A stretch of 64,000 nucleotides of DNA from Euglena gracilis (taxonomy: Eukaryota): positions 49,889,847 through 49,953,846 of the forward strand of contig CP154954.1 of the NCBI GenBank assembly GCA_039621445.1, in the 5' to 3' direction. The notes beneath the pieces were generated by a model. It made no database searches and was not told the origin of the DNA. It was given only the letters and a program-made list of their open reading frames with translations. Below are positions 50,701 to 63,460 of this stretch, one piece after another; position 1 is the stretch's first letter; every line of letters starts with the position of its first letter. Made by a program: the position numbers and the translations under genes.

Positions 50701-53700
50701 GCAGACCCAACGCGCGTCGCCGGTCAAACGGACCGACAACCCCCACGCCGTCGATGGGCAAGGAGCGCCTGGCGGGGAAAGAACCGGGCACGCGCACAAA
50801 AGAAATGCTAACAACAAAAACATGAATGGTGATTTGCTCCCATGTTCTCATGGAATTGAAATCCCTGCAATTGTCCCAAATGAGGGTTTCATAAAAGACC
50901 TAAAGATGGATGCCATTCAGGGAGTTGTTCATTTTTTAAGACCTGGGGGGTACACGGCCGGCTGGAAAAAGGTGCTGGCTGGACCCCCTGGGTGGGGACC
51001 ACGGACCCCTTTGCGAGAACTAAAAAGCACCCTTTTCGGTCTTTTTTGCACTTTTGCAAAAAGCTTCTTCGGTCTTTTGGCACTTTTTTCGGTTTTTTTT
51101 GCACTTTTTCGCAAAAAAAAATGGCATTTTCGGAGACCACGTGGTCCACAAAATCCATTTTTGTTCATTTATTGTCATGAATTCTGGTCTTTTAACCACA
51201 CTTTTGGGGATCGAAAACCGGGGTCGGTGGCCCAAAATTGGGTCTGTATTATTTTTTCAGTTGAAATCGGACAAAAAGGGGACAAAAAGCAAAAATATTC
51301 CAAAATCCAGCTGGACGCAATTTTGAGTCAGAAACAATTTTTGGGGGTGAACCTCCTCTAAAAACTGGCAAAAACGTCCATTTTTAACAATTTGTACCCT
51401 TTTCAAAAATTTTGATTTGGACTTTGTGCCAATTTTCTTTTCCCGGTCCAGGTGGTGGTCCCGGTGATCTGCTCATGTGGCCCCCACCTCCGGGTTCCCG
51501 GCCACATGATTGTGGAAGAATTCGGTCTGAGGCAAAACGATGACTTTGGCCACTTTTGGTGCTGCCACTTTTGGCCACGTTTGCCCACTTTTGCAACTAA
51601 ATCCAGTCTGGTCCAGCACGGTTTTCCAGCCGGCCTGCTGGACCCCCCAAGGGGTCTGAAAAGAATGCATGTTATGCAGGTCTTTGCGTTTTTTGGTGGC
51701 ATTTCTTCAAAGGCTTCACAACTGTTCCTCGTTCACGACCAAGATGAAGTGCGACCCCCCCCCGCAACCCCCCCCCCCTGCGCCCCCAACACCCCCAGAA
51801 GTGGCCAAAAGCAGTTAAAGGGAGCAAAAAGCAGCTAAAAATCAGACCAACTGACCAACCACGCTGAAATAACCCCCCAGTGTTTTTTGTGCATTGTTTT
51901 TTTACAAAATTTTCTTTCTCCAAGGCTGCGTTTTGGGGGGGGGGGAGGCATTGGGGAAAAAAATTGACAGAATTACAAAAGTGGCCAAAATGGCTTGAAA
52001 GTGGCAAAATGTGGGGGAAATTGGCCAAAAGCAGCCAAAAAAAAGGCTTAACGTGGGCAAAAGTGGGAAATTATGGACAAAGTATGGCAATGCTTCCAAC
52101 AAGTCACACATGGCTTCTGAGGTGCAGGCAAATATTTTTGGGTGGGCGCTTCCACAGCCCCGCTGGTGCAGGGAATCCTTTTTTTTATAAAAAAAAGTCG
52201 TGCCGGTGCAAGAATTAATGATTCATTGTTGCATTCCCTTCTTTCACCAATTTCCAAAAGCGGGGGGGTCGCGGGGGGGTCGCGGGGGGAAACGGGTTTT
52301 GCGGCAGGTCATGCATGACTGGTGTGACGTCATTCTTTCCTCTACTTTTAGATCCCAATTTGGAATTTGCGTGCCATTTGGGTCCAAAAGTAGGTCCAAT
52401 TAGGAATTTGGGACGAGTTTCTCGCACTTTTGATTCCTAATTGAGTGGCAGATTCCCATCCGCCCGCCCCTTGTCGTACGACCGGGTTCCTGCAACCTGT
52501 GACCGGGGGGGGGGGGGTCGTAACACCCCAATAACCTGCAACCTGTGACCGGGGGTAAATGAGGGGTGGTCGTAGGGGGCGGGCAATTAATATAAATTTT
52601 TTGTACTTTTTGGAATCTCGAATCGGTTTCAGAGGGGGGGCGCGGGGGGGGGGGGTTTGCGGAGGGGTCGCGGGGGGAACACCCCCTCTGTTGACTGTTG
52701 GTGACTTTTTGGGGGGCGAGAGTTGGCAAAACTGGCCAAAACTGGACAAATGCAGTGAAAAGTGGCCACCACTCCCCCTGAGTGTTCAGCATTGGCCTCC
52801 CAGCAAGAGTCCCAAACATGGCCAATTGTGGTTTTACATTGGGAAGTTTGCAAAAATGGCCAACTGTGGCCAAAATTTGCCGTGTTGGGGGGGGAAGCAA
52901 GGTATTGCAATGACAGATAATGAAAACAGAAAAATAACACTTCCGACACATAGCTTTTGGGGTAAAAAGCCACACCACACTTTGCTCTTTCTTCCCAAAA
53001 CTGAAACCTGTCTTCACACATCATCCCCACTGCAGACAACCATCCCATTCTGCAACATCACAACTGCCTTCTGTGGCATCAACATTGCATCTCTGATAAT
53101 GCAATTCAATCAAGATATTTATTTCAACCAGCTGCTCGTCAATGCCAAGCTTCTCTTGATCTCAAAATCAATCAAATGAATTCTCTGCGGAAAAAGCAGG
53201 AAAACTTGACAACTTTTTGGTTGTTTTTTTTTAGTGATGGCATTCCATTGCTGTACAAAAAGCACAAAAAAAAAAGCAAGGATCCAGGAAAATCATTAAT
53301 TACCAATTAATGTCCTTTTAGATTTTGTGGAACCCTCCTTTTGTCCAAATCCTTTGTCCCATCTATTCTTCCGAAGTTGTGTGGTCAGGATTGTCAGGAT
53401 CAGAGGGGAATTTGTCGGACTTTGTTGGGATTTGTTGCCGGAGGGGTTCCAAACACCTGGCAAAATTCCTGGGGTTTGTGATCGAAATACGAAAAAATAA
53501 ACTCAAAAAATGGAAGTTCGAGAAACTGTCAGAATGAAGGAAAAAACAAATCCTCCAAAAACTCCCAACTCTTCAAGGCCAATGTGTGGTGCACAGAAGG
53601 CGCCCCCCCCCCCCCTTCAGCTTTCCGAAGGATTGAGGGAGTGGAATAACTCAGAGGGGAATGTAGGTCATGGACATCAGTTTGCTGGTGGATGTTACTC

Positions 53701-54214
53701 AAAATCCCTGCCACACTTCTTTCCTTCCATTCTGCCAGACATTCCCTGGACGCATACCGATACAAGGAAGCACTGGGTATGTGAGGCCAGTGGAAAGGGA
53801 CCGACAAGACACTGATGCCCAGAAATCTGCGAACCACATGCCGATTCGTGTCACGTTCCCTCCACCCCAACACCACATCCGTGCTCTCACCCAGGTGCAT
53901 GCCACATGTGCACAAAATCCGTGCACAAATCTTGGGAGAGTCTTTTCAGAAATCAAACGGAGAAACAATCCGCCGCCATTGACCTTTTTTCAGGTGAGGT
54001 TGGCCCCCAAATTTCCTGGAGAAGAGTTGGTGGGTTTTGAGCGTTGTGTTCAGTATTGTTAGCGGCGACGATACATTTATTCTTCCTTGAGTCTACACAG
54101 GCAAGCAAATGTATTTTCAAACAAAGAGGAGGGAGGAGCGGGTTGTGTGAGCAAGCCACCACACAGACGGTCTTCAAACAACCGTCGTCATTCCCCAGGC
54201 AGAACTCTCAGGGT

Positions 54215-57200
54215 TCAGTAGCTGGGGACGTTCAGGGCCCGCAGCAGGTCCAGCAGGGGGTGCGGGTCTGCTGCAGGCTTCTTTTTACCAACCCCCACCG
54301 GGGGGGGGAGGAGGGTGCCTTGTGCCAAGGGGTTCCTGCCCACAACAGGCGGGTCGGTTTTGGAGCCCAGCAGTGCCTGTGACCAAGCAAATGTTCCCAT
54401 AAAAAAAATCCCTTAAAATTGCCATTTTCGGCCCCGACACCTGCGTCACCCGGGGGGGGGGGGGGGGGGCTTTAGCACTACCCACCCCAAAAACCCGACC
54501 CCCCAGGGCGGGTCGAAAATGCCCAACCCCCCTGCCTGCTTACAGCATCCACCTGAGGGGGGCAAAAATCCTTACCAACAAGAGGCCTGGGTCTCCGGTT
54601 CGGCGGAGGGGACGGGGTCTGCGGGGGACGGCAGGGCACAGCCCCGGAGGGCGTCGCGGGCTTGGCGGCAGCGACCCCCGTGTCCCGGGGGGGGGGGGGC
54701 ACAATGAGGTTTTGGGGCGGATTGAGTTTGACCCAGGACCACCCTTGGCTTGCCACCTGGCCCAAGGGGCGAAATCCCTCAGGGAAGAAGCCTCCCTCAA
54801 TACCCCAGGCTGGCACTGAGTTGAAAAAATGTCTGCTTCAGTTTCAAGAAATTATTCTGATGGCAATACTTTTTCTGATATGTAAAAGCAAATTTCGAGG
54901 TTTTCTGCATCGCTCACATATTACTGCTGGTACAAATCAAAATGGACGGCCCCTGAAACAAGAGTTTTTTATTTTTTGAATTCTTGACCACCTTTCTGAT
55001 TGTGAACTCCGATGGAACGGGGAGCTGCTGGGCTGGAGAGGTCCGCTTCCAGCGCAGCCAACGCCAGCTGGGCTGAAGGGTCGCCGTCCGCCTGCGGTGT
55101 GCCCGGTGTGTCGAGCTGGCCAGCGGGTGAAGCGCTGGTTAAGTCCCTGGGTTCCACCACAGTTGCTGCCTGCAGCAGGGAGAAGGGGAAGACGTGGGCC
55201 GGACGTGGCCAGGTAAAGACGGACTGGCAGGCGCAGCGGTATGGATGCATATCCATATTTGCATCCATACTTGTCCACGAAGAGGTCATGTGCAGATTGG
55301 TTTGCAAATTGAATCCTTTTTATTTGACCCTAAACTCCCCCCAAATATGACCCCCTGGTACCACCTGGGCACCCCCTGGAAACCTCCAGGGGGTTATATT
55401 TATGGGGGTCTTGTTTGTTCTGGGCAAGGTTCTTTGCACTTCAACAACACGGAAACCAGAAATCTGTGAAAATCCATCATTTTTGTGTCGAAAATTGGGT
55501 TTTCTGTAATTTTCCGTGGAATTTTTTTCACCATCCCCAGCGCTTCGTGCTGTCAGGGGGGGACGTATTTTGTTAGGCAAAAAAGTAAAAAAAATACTAA
55601 ACAGTCACAAGCCCATCAGTTTGGGCGTTCGAGCTTTACGGTAAGCAGAATTGAGGACGAGTTCTGGTTGTGGGGGGGGGGTCAACGAGGGGATGGGAAG
55701 GGCACAGCCGTCGTCAATGCCTGGGTGCCGTGCTGATGAAAACGCGGGGTCGGCCGGGGTGGCCAAGGGCGACTGCACCAACACGGGGGTGCCTGGGCCG
55801 TCGGAGGTTGGGACGGTGGCAGAGCCGCAGGGACACCACGCAACGGAAAACTTGTGCGGCGAAAAAACAACATTGGCATGATGGGGGTAGGGAGGTGCCC
55901 CTCCCCGATGACCAGGTGGGGAGGGGAGGCGGGTTGTTGCCGTCCACCCATTCGGGTTCCGCTGGCCCTGCTCAGGCAGCCGCTCCGGGGTTGCCTCTGC
56001 GGGGGCCGGGCTCGGACACGCCCCACTGCCGGCCACGGCCCCGCCCCAGCGTACCAAACGTTCCGTGGGGGGCGCTGGGCCGGAAACCTTGCGAAGACCG
56101 CCCGAAGGCCGGCCGAAAGGCGGCAGCGGAGCGCTTGGCGCGGGCTGGGCGGGTCGCGGGATGACGTACTGGGCAGGGGCCGTCCGAAGGGGGCGGTCAG
56201 CATGGGACGGGATTTCGAACGCGGGGTGAAATGCGTGGCAGTCGGGTCCGTGGAATGTGACGGGGGGAAAATAGCAATGGTTTGAGGCAATTGAAATGAA
56301 GAATTATGAGAAAAAAACGTTGGGGCAAGGAACTGCCCCAGTATGATGTCCAAGGTATCCATTGCGTTTGGGCAGGGTTTCCAGAACCTCCGGGGGAAGG
56401 TGGAACATCGACAGGAAAAGCAAAATCCAAAAACAAAAATACGGTGTTTTTGCAATACAACGATGGCCTCGTTTTCTCATTCTTCCCCAAACTTGGCCGA
56501 TTTGTGCAACAAAGCCGGGGGGAAAAAAAGAAATCCTTGATAAGAATCATCACAGCGTGGCAATTGTAAGGCCCTGTAAGCAAATATATTTGTTTATGTT
56601 TGGTGTGGAATGCAGGCCCGTGGAGGTGGGGCTATATTTTGGGGGAGTGGACTCCATAATGTGAGTCACACTTCTGACTCATATAGGGAGGCCCCTGGCC
56701 GGGGTGCAGCTTGCTGCACTTCCCGCCGAACTTGCACTGCCCCGTCATGGCCCAGACCTCACACACATAGATTCACTTAGTGACCCCCCACGGGGGACGT
56801 TTCCTGGGCCCAAACCACCCACCCACTTTTTTCGAAAGCCCACCCTCCCACACCCCCCCCCCCGGGTCAAACACCTGCCCAATCACCCAAAATCCAGCAA
56901 AAATCGGCCGAAAACGCTGGAAAAATGTTCCAGCCCAGCCTTCGGCCTGACAAAAACCCCGGGGGTGGCAGAGGCCACAACCACCCCCCCCCCCGGGGGG
57001 GGGGGGAGGGGTCGGTAAGTGAATCTATGCTCACACACCTGCCGGCCGGCCTGGGCCTGCACCGCCCCGGACAGCTGCCGGTAGTCCGAGAGGTCCGGGT
57101 GGGGGAACCGGCACCGGGGGACTGCCCCCGCCTCCCTCACAGCGAGGCCCTGTCCCAGGGTGCTCCTGCTCCGGGCAGGCATTCCACAATACAACGGTCG

Positions 57201-59762
57201 TCAAAAGAAACCTGGTGCAACGCCCTCTTGTTTGATGGTTCGTGCCAACATTGATTTGAACACTGCTGGTTTGATCCATCGGGCTGACTCAGGCAATTCT
57301 CTCATGAAAATGGTTATTTTGGGGTTCCCGGTGCTGGTGCACAACACGGAACATCGCAAAACCCAACACCCAAGAAGCGGGGTGGGGGGAATGCCTCCTC
57401 CTCCACATGGGCTATTGCTTGCCCCCCCCCCCCAGGAAAATGTCCTCCCGGGAAACTGTCATCTAAGCCCACGGTTCAAACAGGGTGGGTAGATAAGGAG
57501 CGTTGGGAGCACCATTGGAAGAGATGCCCTGGGATGGCAGGTGTTTGATGGCAACGCGGCCATCAAATAAATATGTATTCTGCTCTCAAAAAAACGTATT
57601 TTTTATGCTTTTGGATGGATCTAGTGGATATGGTCAATCCATCTCCCAGTTGGCAGTTTGGGGGACTGCCACCTGCAATATTTTTTTGGAGTTTGAGGAA
57701 CATCCTCAAAACCGACTGCCAGACCGGGGCCATGATTTGGTGGTCGAACATTAAAAGCTCCCACGGCACATTCAACCAAAGTTCACTGGGAAACGGGGCT
57801 CATTCGATATTTCTCGGTGAAAACAAATTGACAGCCGGGGGAAATTGTTCCCAGTTGCCACCAGACAGGTCAGAAAAGCCAGCAAGTACAGAGGTGAGAG
57901 ATACGCCCGCTGAGCAACTATACATGAAGGAGCAGAGAAGCATACAATTTTAACCCACCCTGGAGGGTAACTTCCGAAAAGCAGTCAGTCACTCTGAAAA
58001 AGACCCCTCCCCGGGAAGGGAAAAAAAGGGAAAGGGAAAGGGAAAGGGAAAAAAGTGTCAAGATTTTCAACACTCACCACACGCCGAAATCCGGAAAAGC
58101 AACTCGCCCTCAAACTTTTGATCAGAAACTTGAAAGTGTTGATCCAATTGGAAAATGCCCTTTTCTGAGTGAAGTGAAGGCGGAAAAAAAAGGAAAAACC
58201 CATCAGAGATCTGCTGGTAAAAGAGCAGGAGGTAGGTCCCTAATTATCGACGAGGGTAGAGGACAATTTCCAGGGCACAATAGCGAAGAATCCAAAAAAA
58301 AAGGCGACACCCATCAGCGGGGGGGGGGGGGGGCACAAGGCAGGGGCAGGCTGCCGCCGCACACAGCGGCCCATCAGGTAGTCGAGGCACACCCGTGGCT
58401 TTTCCGCCTTGTCCTCCCGGGATTGCGGAGGTTGTTTTGTACCGGTCGCCCCCAAGCACCTCCAGGACAATGAGCCTTCAATGTGATCGGGAACTGTCGG
58501 GCACTGTGGAATTTGTCGAGAATGGTGGGAATTTAAACACTTTTTGGACCAACAACACGCACACACAGAAAAACGAGGACAAAACAATGCAGGGTTTCAA
58601 ATTACCACAATTTTCACGAGTTTAACAAACAACACGCAAATTTCAAATTCAAGATTTGAAACAACCTCCTGTTGAGAAAAATAAGATGAACGTTTGCAAA
58701 GTCTCGCCAGAAATGTTCGGAAACCCCATCCGGAACCCTCCGGGAAATTGTCACCTGACCAGGCTATTGCTTGAGGACCCGGGGGGATCCACTGGCCAGC
58801 CATTTTGTGACACTGGAAAAAATGGAGTCCGTACCCCGTACGCAGTCTCCGTACCCCTGGGGGGGGGAGGGTCTGGGAATACCCCCAACTAGAAAAACCT
58901 TTCCTCTACCCTGCGCGTCGAGGTGGAAATGAGGTTTTAAATGCATTTTTTCAGCTGGTTTTGTTCAAAAAAAGAATCACAAAAAGAATCACAAAAAAAT
59001 GGCCAAAAATGGGGCATTTTTGGCCAGTTTTGGGGTCCAAAATTTTTTCGGCGCTTCGTCCCGGGCACTGGAAAAAAAAAATTCCCTTGGGGGTCCACTC
59101 GAATTTTTGCTGGCCAAATTTAGACTGGCTGCAGTCCAGCCCGCCCGCCCCCCCCGGGGGGATACTGCGAACCCTTGAGCAATAGACTGCACCTGACAGG
59201 TTGGCAGTGCAGGGACTTTGACAACTTCATATGACAGGATGACCAGTACCAAAAAGTTGCTGGCTGGCTGGCTGGACCCCCCTGGGATAGGGTCCCCTGC
59301 CTGCTTGAGGAAACCCGTGGTTATCTCCTTGTCAGGCAGCTTGGTGAACACAAGCTCAGAGGCAACCGCTCGGGAGTTGTCCAGACTCCCCTCCAAAAAA
59401 ATTGTAATTTTGCTCGTTCCCACCCCCACCAAAACACCCGTCGAAAATTCGTAAATTCCAAACAACTTTTTTTTAAAAAAAACGGGAAAAAGCTCTCCCC
59501 AATTCAATGAGCCAATTTTCGGAAAGGCCAAGGCGAGTACAGAAGGGAGGCCAACTATTGATAAGCAGCTGGGAGCTAATTTCTGGGGGGGGGGCTTATA
59601 GTTGTCGGAAGTGGCGAAACCTCCCCTGAGCAGGGCCTAAAATGTTCGCGAGAACTGTAGCCAGGCATGCTTGGTCGGCCTGGCCGGCTGGAAAGACCCG
59701 CCCCGCGGCCCGTCACTGGCCATTGGGCCCATCGAGGGGTGGGGGAAGGCCGGGATGCGCAT
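54215..59762 (-). CDS. Paralog 4 of tandem two-CCCH zinc-finger protein (multi-exon)
   Basis: Exons: 59762-59677 (MRIPAFPHP...QPAR), 58447-58353 (TGTKQPPQSREDKAEKPRVCLDYLMGRCVRR), 57115-57033, 56760-~56685, ~56195-55885 (APAQYVIPRPA), ~55850-55680 (RHPGID), ~55230-55015 (WPRPAHV..AALEADLSSPA), ~54680-54593, 54268-54215 (DPHPLLDLLRALNVPSY, TGA). Confidence 0.82.
54269..54592 (-). other. Nonconventional intron in last exon, private to paralog 4
   Basis: Sense strand acc-CAGGCCTCTT...AAGAAGCCTG-cagca. Removal gives SAEPE|DPHPLLD, matching the contiguous SAELEDPHPLLD of copy 2. TSD eroded. Confidence 0.82.
56761..57032 (-). mobile_element. Nonconventional intron = 264-bp MITE (56766-57029) inside zinc finger 2 of paralog 4
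   Basis: Same TIR, same site and near-identical interior as 27212-27458; perfect TSD ctcacaca (56758-56765, 57030-57037). Confidence 0.9.
57560..57840 (+). pseudogene. Decayed hAT transposase fragment (first and second catalytic Asp regions)
   Basis: FFMLLDGSSGYGQSISQLAVW...IFLEF...RGHDL, then frameshifted SLGNGAHSIFLGENKL; resembles hAT FSxxLDExxDxxxxxQLxV...EFL...G.DI...TDGAxxMxG. Recognised by eye only. Confidence 0.5.
58448..59676 (-). other. Nonconventional intron in first coding exon, private to paralog 4
   Basis: Sense strand gac-CAAGCA...TGCTTG-ggggc; TSD aggccgac/ggggcgac (6/8). Removal gives in-frame PARP|TGTKQPPQSREDK. Confidence 0.7.
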
Positions 59763-60596
59763 CGCTCTGCGACACAGGGCAGGGGACAAATCCCTTTTAG
59801 AACCCGTCCACCTCTTCTGGGGGAGGGAACCCTGGCAACCCGGTTGTTTGCCTGCTTTATGATTGGAAACGAATAATCCCCATCCGAGGCTATATGGGAA
59901 GACTGGGGGGGGGGGGGATTGATGCATCTCCCCGAAAAATCGTGGGAATCGCCATGCATGCGCCACATGGCACAGTGCAAAGAAGGTCTCTGACGATCTG
60001 ACGGGGGGTCCACCCAGCCAGCACCATTTTCCCAGCCAGCAGTTCCCAGCCGAATTCCAGCCCCGGTCCAGCTAACTGTTTTGCGAGATTCCTATTCTTG
60101 AAGTGAACCCCTGCACCCCCATGGGTCAATGGGCAGGTGGGTAGGTTGCCTCTGTCAAGAGTACATCGCTTTTTGCACTACCTACTCCCAAACAAGCCAG
60201 AGAAAAGACGTTCATTCCCAAGAAGGTAATGGAAAGCTGTCCGGCTGCAGTTCCAGCCAAAGGGTTCCCAATCCTTGTGGATTGCCAGCCCATTCAAAAA
60301 GATCCAGCCAACATGTGTCCAGCAAATTTTTTTGAGTTTGTGAATATTCTGCCTTTGGATTGTTAAAAAAAGAATCATGCTTTCCCAAAACTTCCCCAAA
60401 AAGAACACACAAATCACATTCAGGCTTCCAATTGAAGAAAATGACAAATAAGAAGTCAAAACCATTTCAAATCAAAAGCAAAGCAAAAGCCTGAAGGCCA
60501 AACTGCCAAAGGTTAATGTGAGTGTGTATGAGGTTGTGTGGTCTAGGACAGGTCTGTAGGGCTACCGGCATGAACACTGGACCGTGATGATGGCAC

Positions 60597-60714
60597 CACA
60601 GATTCACTTAGTGACCAGGGGGCATTTTCGCTGGGCTCAAAACCACGCACCCAAAAACACAGTTTAAAACACATCAACTCCACACCATCAGGTGAGATTT
60701 CCAGTGAATCCATG
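60597..60714. mobile_element. Short diverged member of the CATAGATTCAC MITE family
   Basis: CACAGATTCACTTAGTGACC...AGTGAATCCATG; TSD gatggcac/ggtgggac (6/8). Confidence 0.65.
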
Positions 60715-62218
60715 GGTGGGACGTGACGTGGGTCACCCACTGAGGTTGGACTCCCAGGGGGGAACGAGACCGCTACATCCCTGCCGGGACATAGAGCAGG
60801 CGGGGGCCAGGCAGAAGGGGGCCTGGACACCCCGCAAGGAGGGCTCCACGCCTCTCAGCAACGCCAAGGGCGGGGGGGGAGGGGGATTGCTCCGGGACGC
60901 CCGAGAGCAATGAGGGCGGGCAGGGCAGCAAAAGCAGGCACATGGACGCTGTGCCGGCGGGGGGGGGGGGAGATGGTCCACCACAAATAGGCAACAATTG
61001 ACTGATGATTGAATGAATGAGCAATTGACAGATTGATGATCTTTTCGAGACCCTCCTGCAGGAAAGGTATTTTTCAAAAAAATCCAAAAAAAATAAGATC
61101 CACCTTTGGGGTTTCCACCCACGGACCAAAAAAAATACACCTGGTTCCATTTGGGGGCGGGGTAGAAACACAGATTTGTACCAGTCACACACGACTGGGA
61201 TGGGTCATTGGGATATGGGTGTCAGGACCAGTGGGTAAAATGATAATGGTGGGATGACAGAGAAGGGTCCTGCCTGATGCTGTTGGATAGCCAGCGACCT
61301 ATTTCCACAAGCTAACAACGGGCCAACTTGCTGTTACGGTTTGCCGCCCTGACAAGAAGAGCGACGTTCTGACACGGAGCACCGCGGTACAGAACGGGAA
61401 AATGCTGCAACTTCTGCACCAATGTGGGGACAATCGCAGACTCCATTACCTGAGGAGTGGACGTGTATCAATGAATGGTGAAGAAACCCCAACCTGCGAC
61501 ACACCCACCTATGCACCGGGGGGGGGGGGGGGGATGCGCTGGACGGCCCTCGGAAAAAATGCGCAACAATGCGCAAAAAAATGCGCAAAAATGCGCTGAG
61601 TTTGTGACATTCCTAAGGGAAAAAGGACTTAGACAAATTTCCAACAGTAAACCCAAAATTAACCCAAAATCACCAAAAAGAGCTGAAATGAAGGCATTTT
61701 GGCCAAAAAATGCATGGCCAAAGCACTCTCCGTTCACCATAACCAACAATGTCAGCCATGGTTGCCCCTTACTTGTGACCAGGGGAGTGGGATTCCCGCC
61801 TTGGTTACGTGTCAATGTGGGGTCTCTGAAACCCCTAGTGTCCTCATCGTCATGGATGAGTACCCACACCTCATCACCCAAGGGTTTTCTCTTGAGGCGG
61901 GTCCCTTGGGTGGAAAAAAAGTGCGAAAATGGGTTCATTGGTTACAGAAATGGGTCAGTTGAACGTGGGCAAAATTCGGTGAGCATGTGATTTGGGTGGA
62001 AAATGTGCAAAAATGGAAAATGTGCAAAATTGGGCAAAAAAATGCGCAAAAAAATGCGCAAAAAAATGCGCAAAAATGTGCATTTTTGAAAAATTGACAA
62101 AATGCGCAAAAATGCGGAGAAATGCGCAACGCATTCCCCCCCCTGTATGCACCAATCTGTGCCTCACCCATATGACCACGCAAAATTGCAGCCACATCCC
62201 TTCATTCAGCCACCACAG

Positions 62219-62265
62219 ACACACACACACACACACACACACACCCACACATACATACACACACA
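62219..62265. repeat. (CA)n microsatellite
   Basis: Direct reading. Confidence 0.92.
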
Positions 62266-63329
62266 ACCATCCAGAAAACAACGTCTGATATACACTAGGT
62301 GCAAAAATGTTGCTAAATCGCGATGGTTGTCCAGCAGGCAACCCTACCCCTTCTGCCATCGAACGATACACCCCAAGCGCTGGTGACACCGACACATGCA
62401 GCGGAGCCTGCCAAGGATCGGGACAGCGATGGAAACGCCGGCTTAGGCTACAGCGGAACCAAACGCGGGCAGCCGGCCCCACAGGACGACAGGTCCCTCT
62501 CCCTCTCCCAATTGAGCAAACCAGGAGCAGGGACCTCTTTTGGCAGACCACAGAGGGGGAAGGGTTTGCCCCTCCCCCCTCCCCCCCAGCTGGCGTCAGC
62601 CACAGCTGGAAATTGTTGAAACTGAACAGAGATGGGCTCACCCCATGGTTGCTGAGAGTGGGCTGTTCATCCTCATCCCGCTGTAATGCTCCCCATAAAT
62701 AACACCCCCACCAAATATAAAGTCTCCCAGGGACATGTTTGCAGACGTTCAATGCAGTAACATACCTGCCGCTCCCCGGGAAATTGTCACCGGACTGGTT
62801 GGGACCCTGACAACTTCCTATCATGACAGGTTGGCCAGTACCAGGCCATGACAGTTTCCGGGGCGGGATCATGACAGTTTCCCGGGGGGGGGGGTATTTT
62901 ATGTATTACGGTTTTATAATTATATGTATATAATATCATGCCATTACGTTACATTATGTTGCTTTATTATTTATATTATATTATTCATTTATATTGCATT
63001 CCTTTCAATTATTTTTTCATTTTAATATTTGTTATGTTAATGTGTAATGTGTGTCATAGTCACAATCCTTCACCAGAAAGGAGCCATTTTGGGCTTCAGC
63101 ATTTCGAGGCAAAGAAATGTGGCATAAAAGTGGACATATGACAACCCCCCGCCCGTGAAGAGGTTGGCGTATCTAAGAGGCCCCAGAGTGAAAACCCTAT
63201 TTAAAAAAACCCTATTAAACCATATTAAAAAGTGAATTAAAATTTATATAATAATTCCTACTGTAAGACATTTTCAGGCAAAAGGACAAATGAACAAACA
63301 GGCAGGCAAGCAGGCAGACAGACAGCACC

Positions 63330-63460
63330 CAGGGGGTGTTTCGGCTGGGGAGGGCGGGAAAGCATGTCCAAGAGATCCCATGGGCCAGACCTGGGGTTAG
63401 GTGATGAGATGCAAGAGACAGAGAATCACCACAGCATACATGCGGGTCTCGAGCAAAAGG
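63330..63460 (-). pseudogene. Possible diverged last exon of a fifth paralog extending beyond the window
   Basis: Minus strand reads PWDLLDMLSR (cf. PHPLLDMLRA), about 0.9 kb upstream of the conserved block at 62440 that follows copies 2-4. Weak similarity only. Confidence 0.3.

Noticed and set aside
50426-51361. Longest supplied ORF (311 aa) and others such as 1685-2584, 40557-41315 and 61955-62872
   Set aside because: They run through MITEs, homopolymers and microsatellites with no recognisable domain; chance ORFs.
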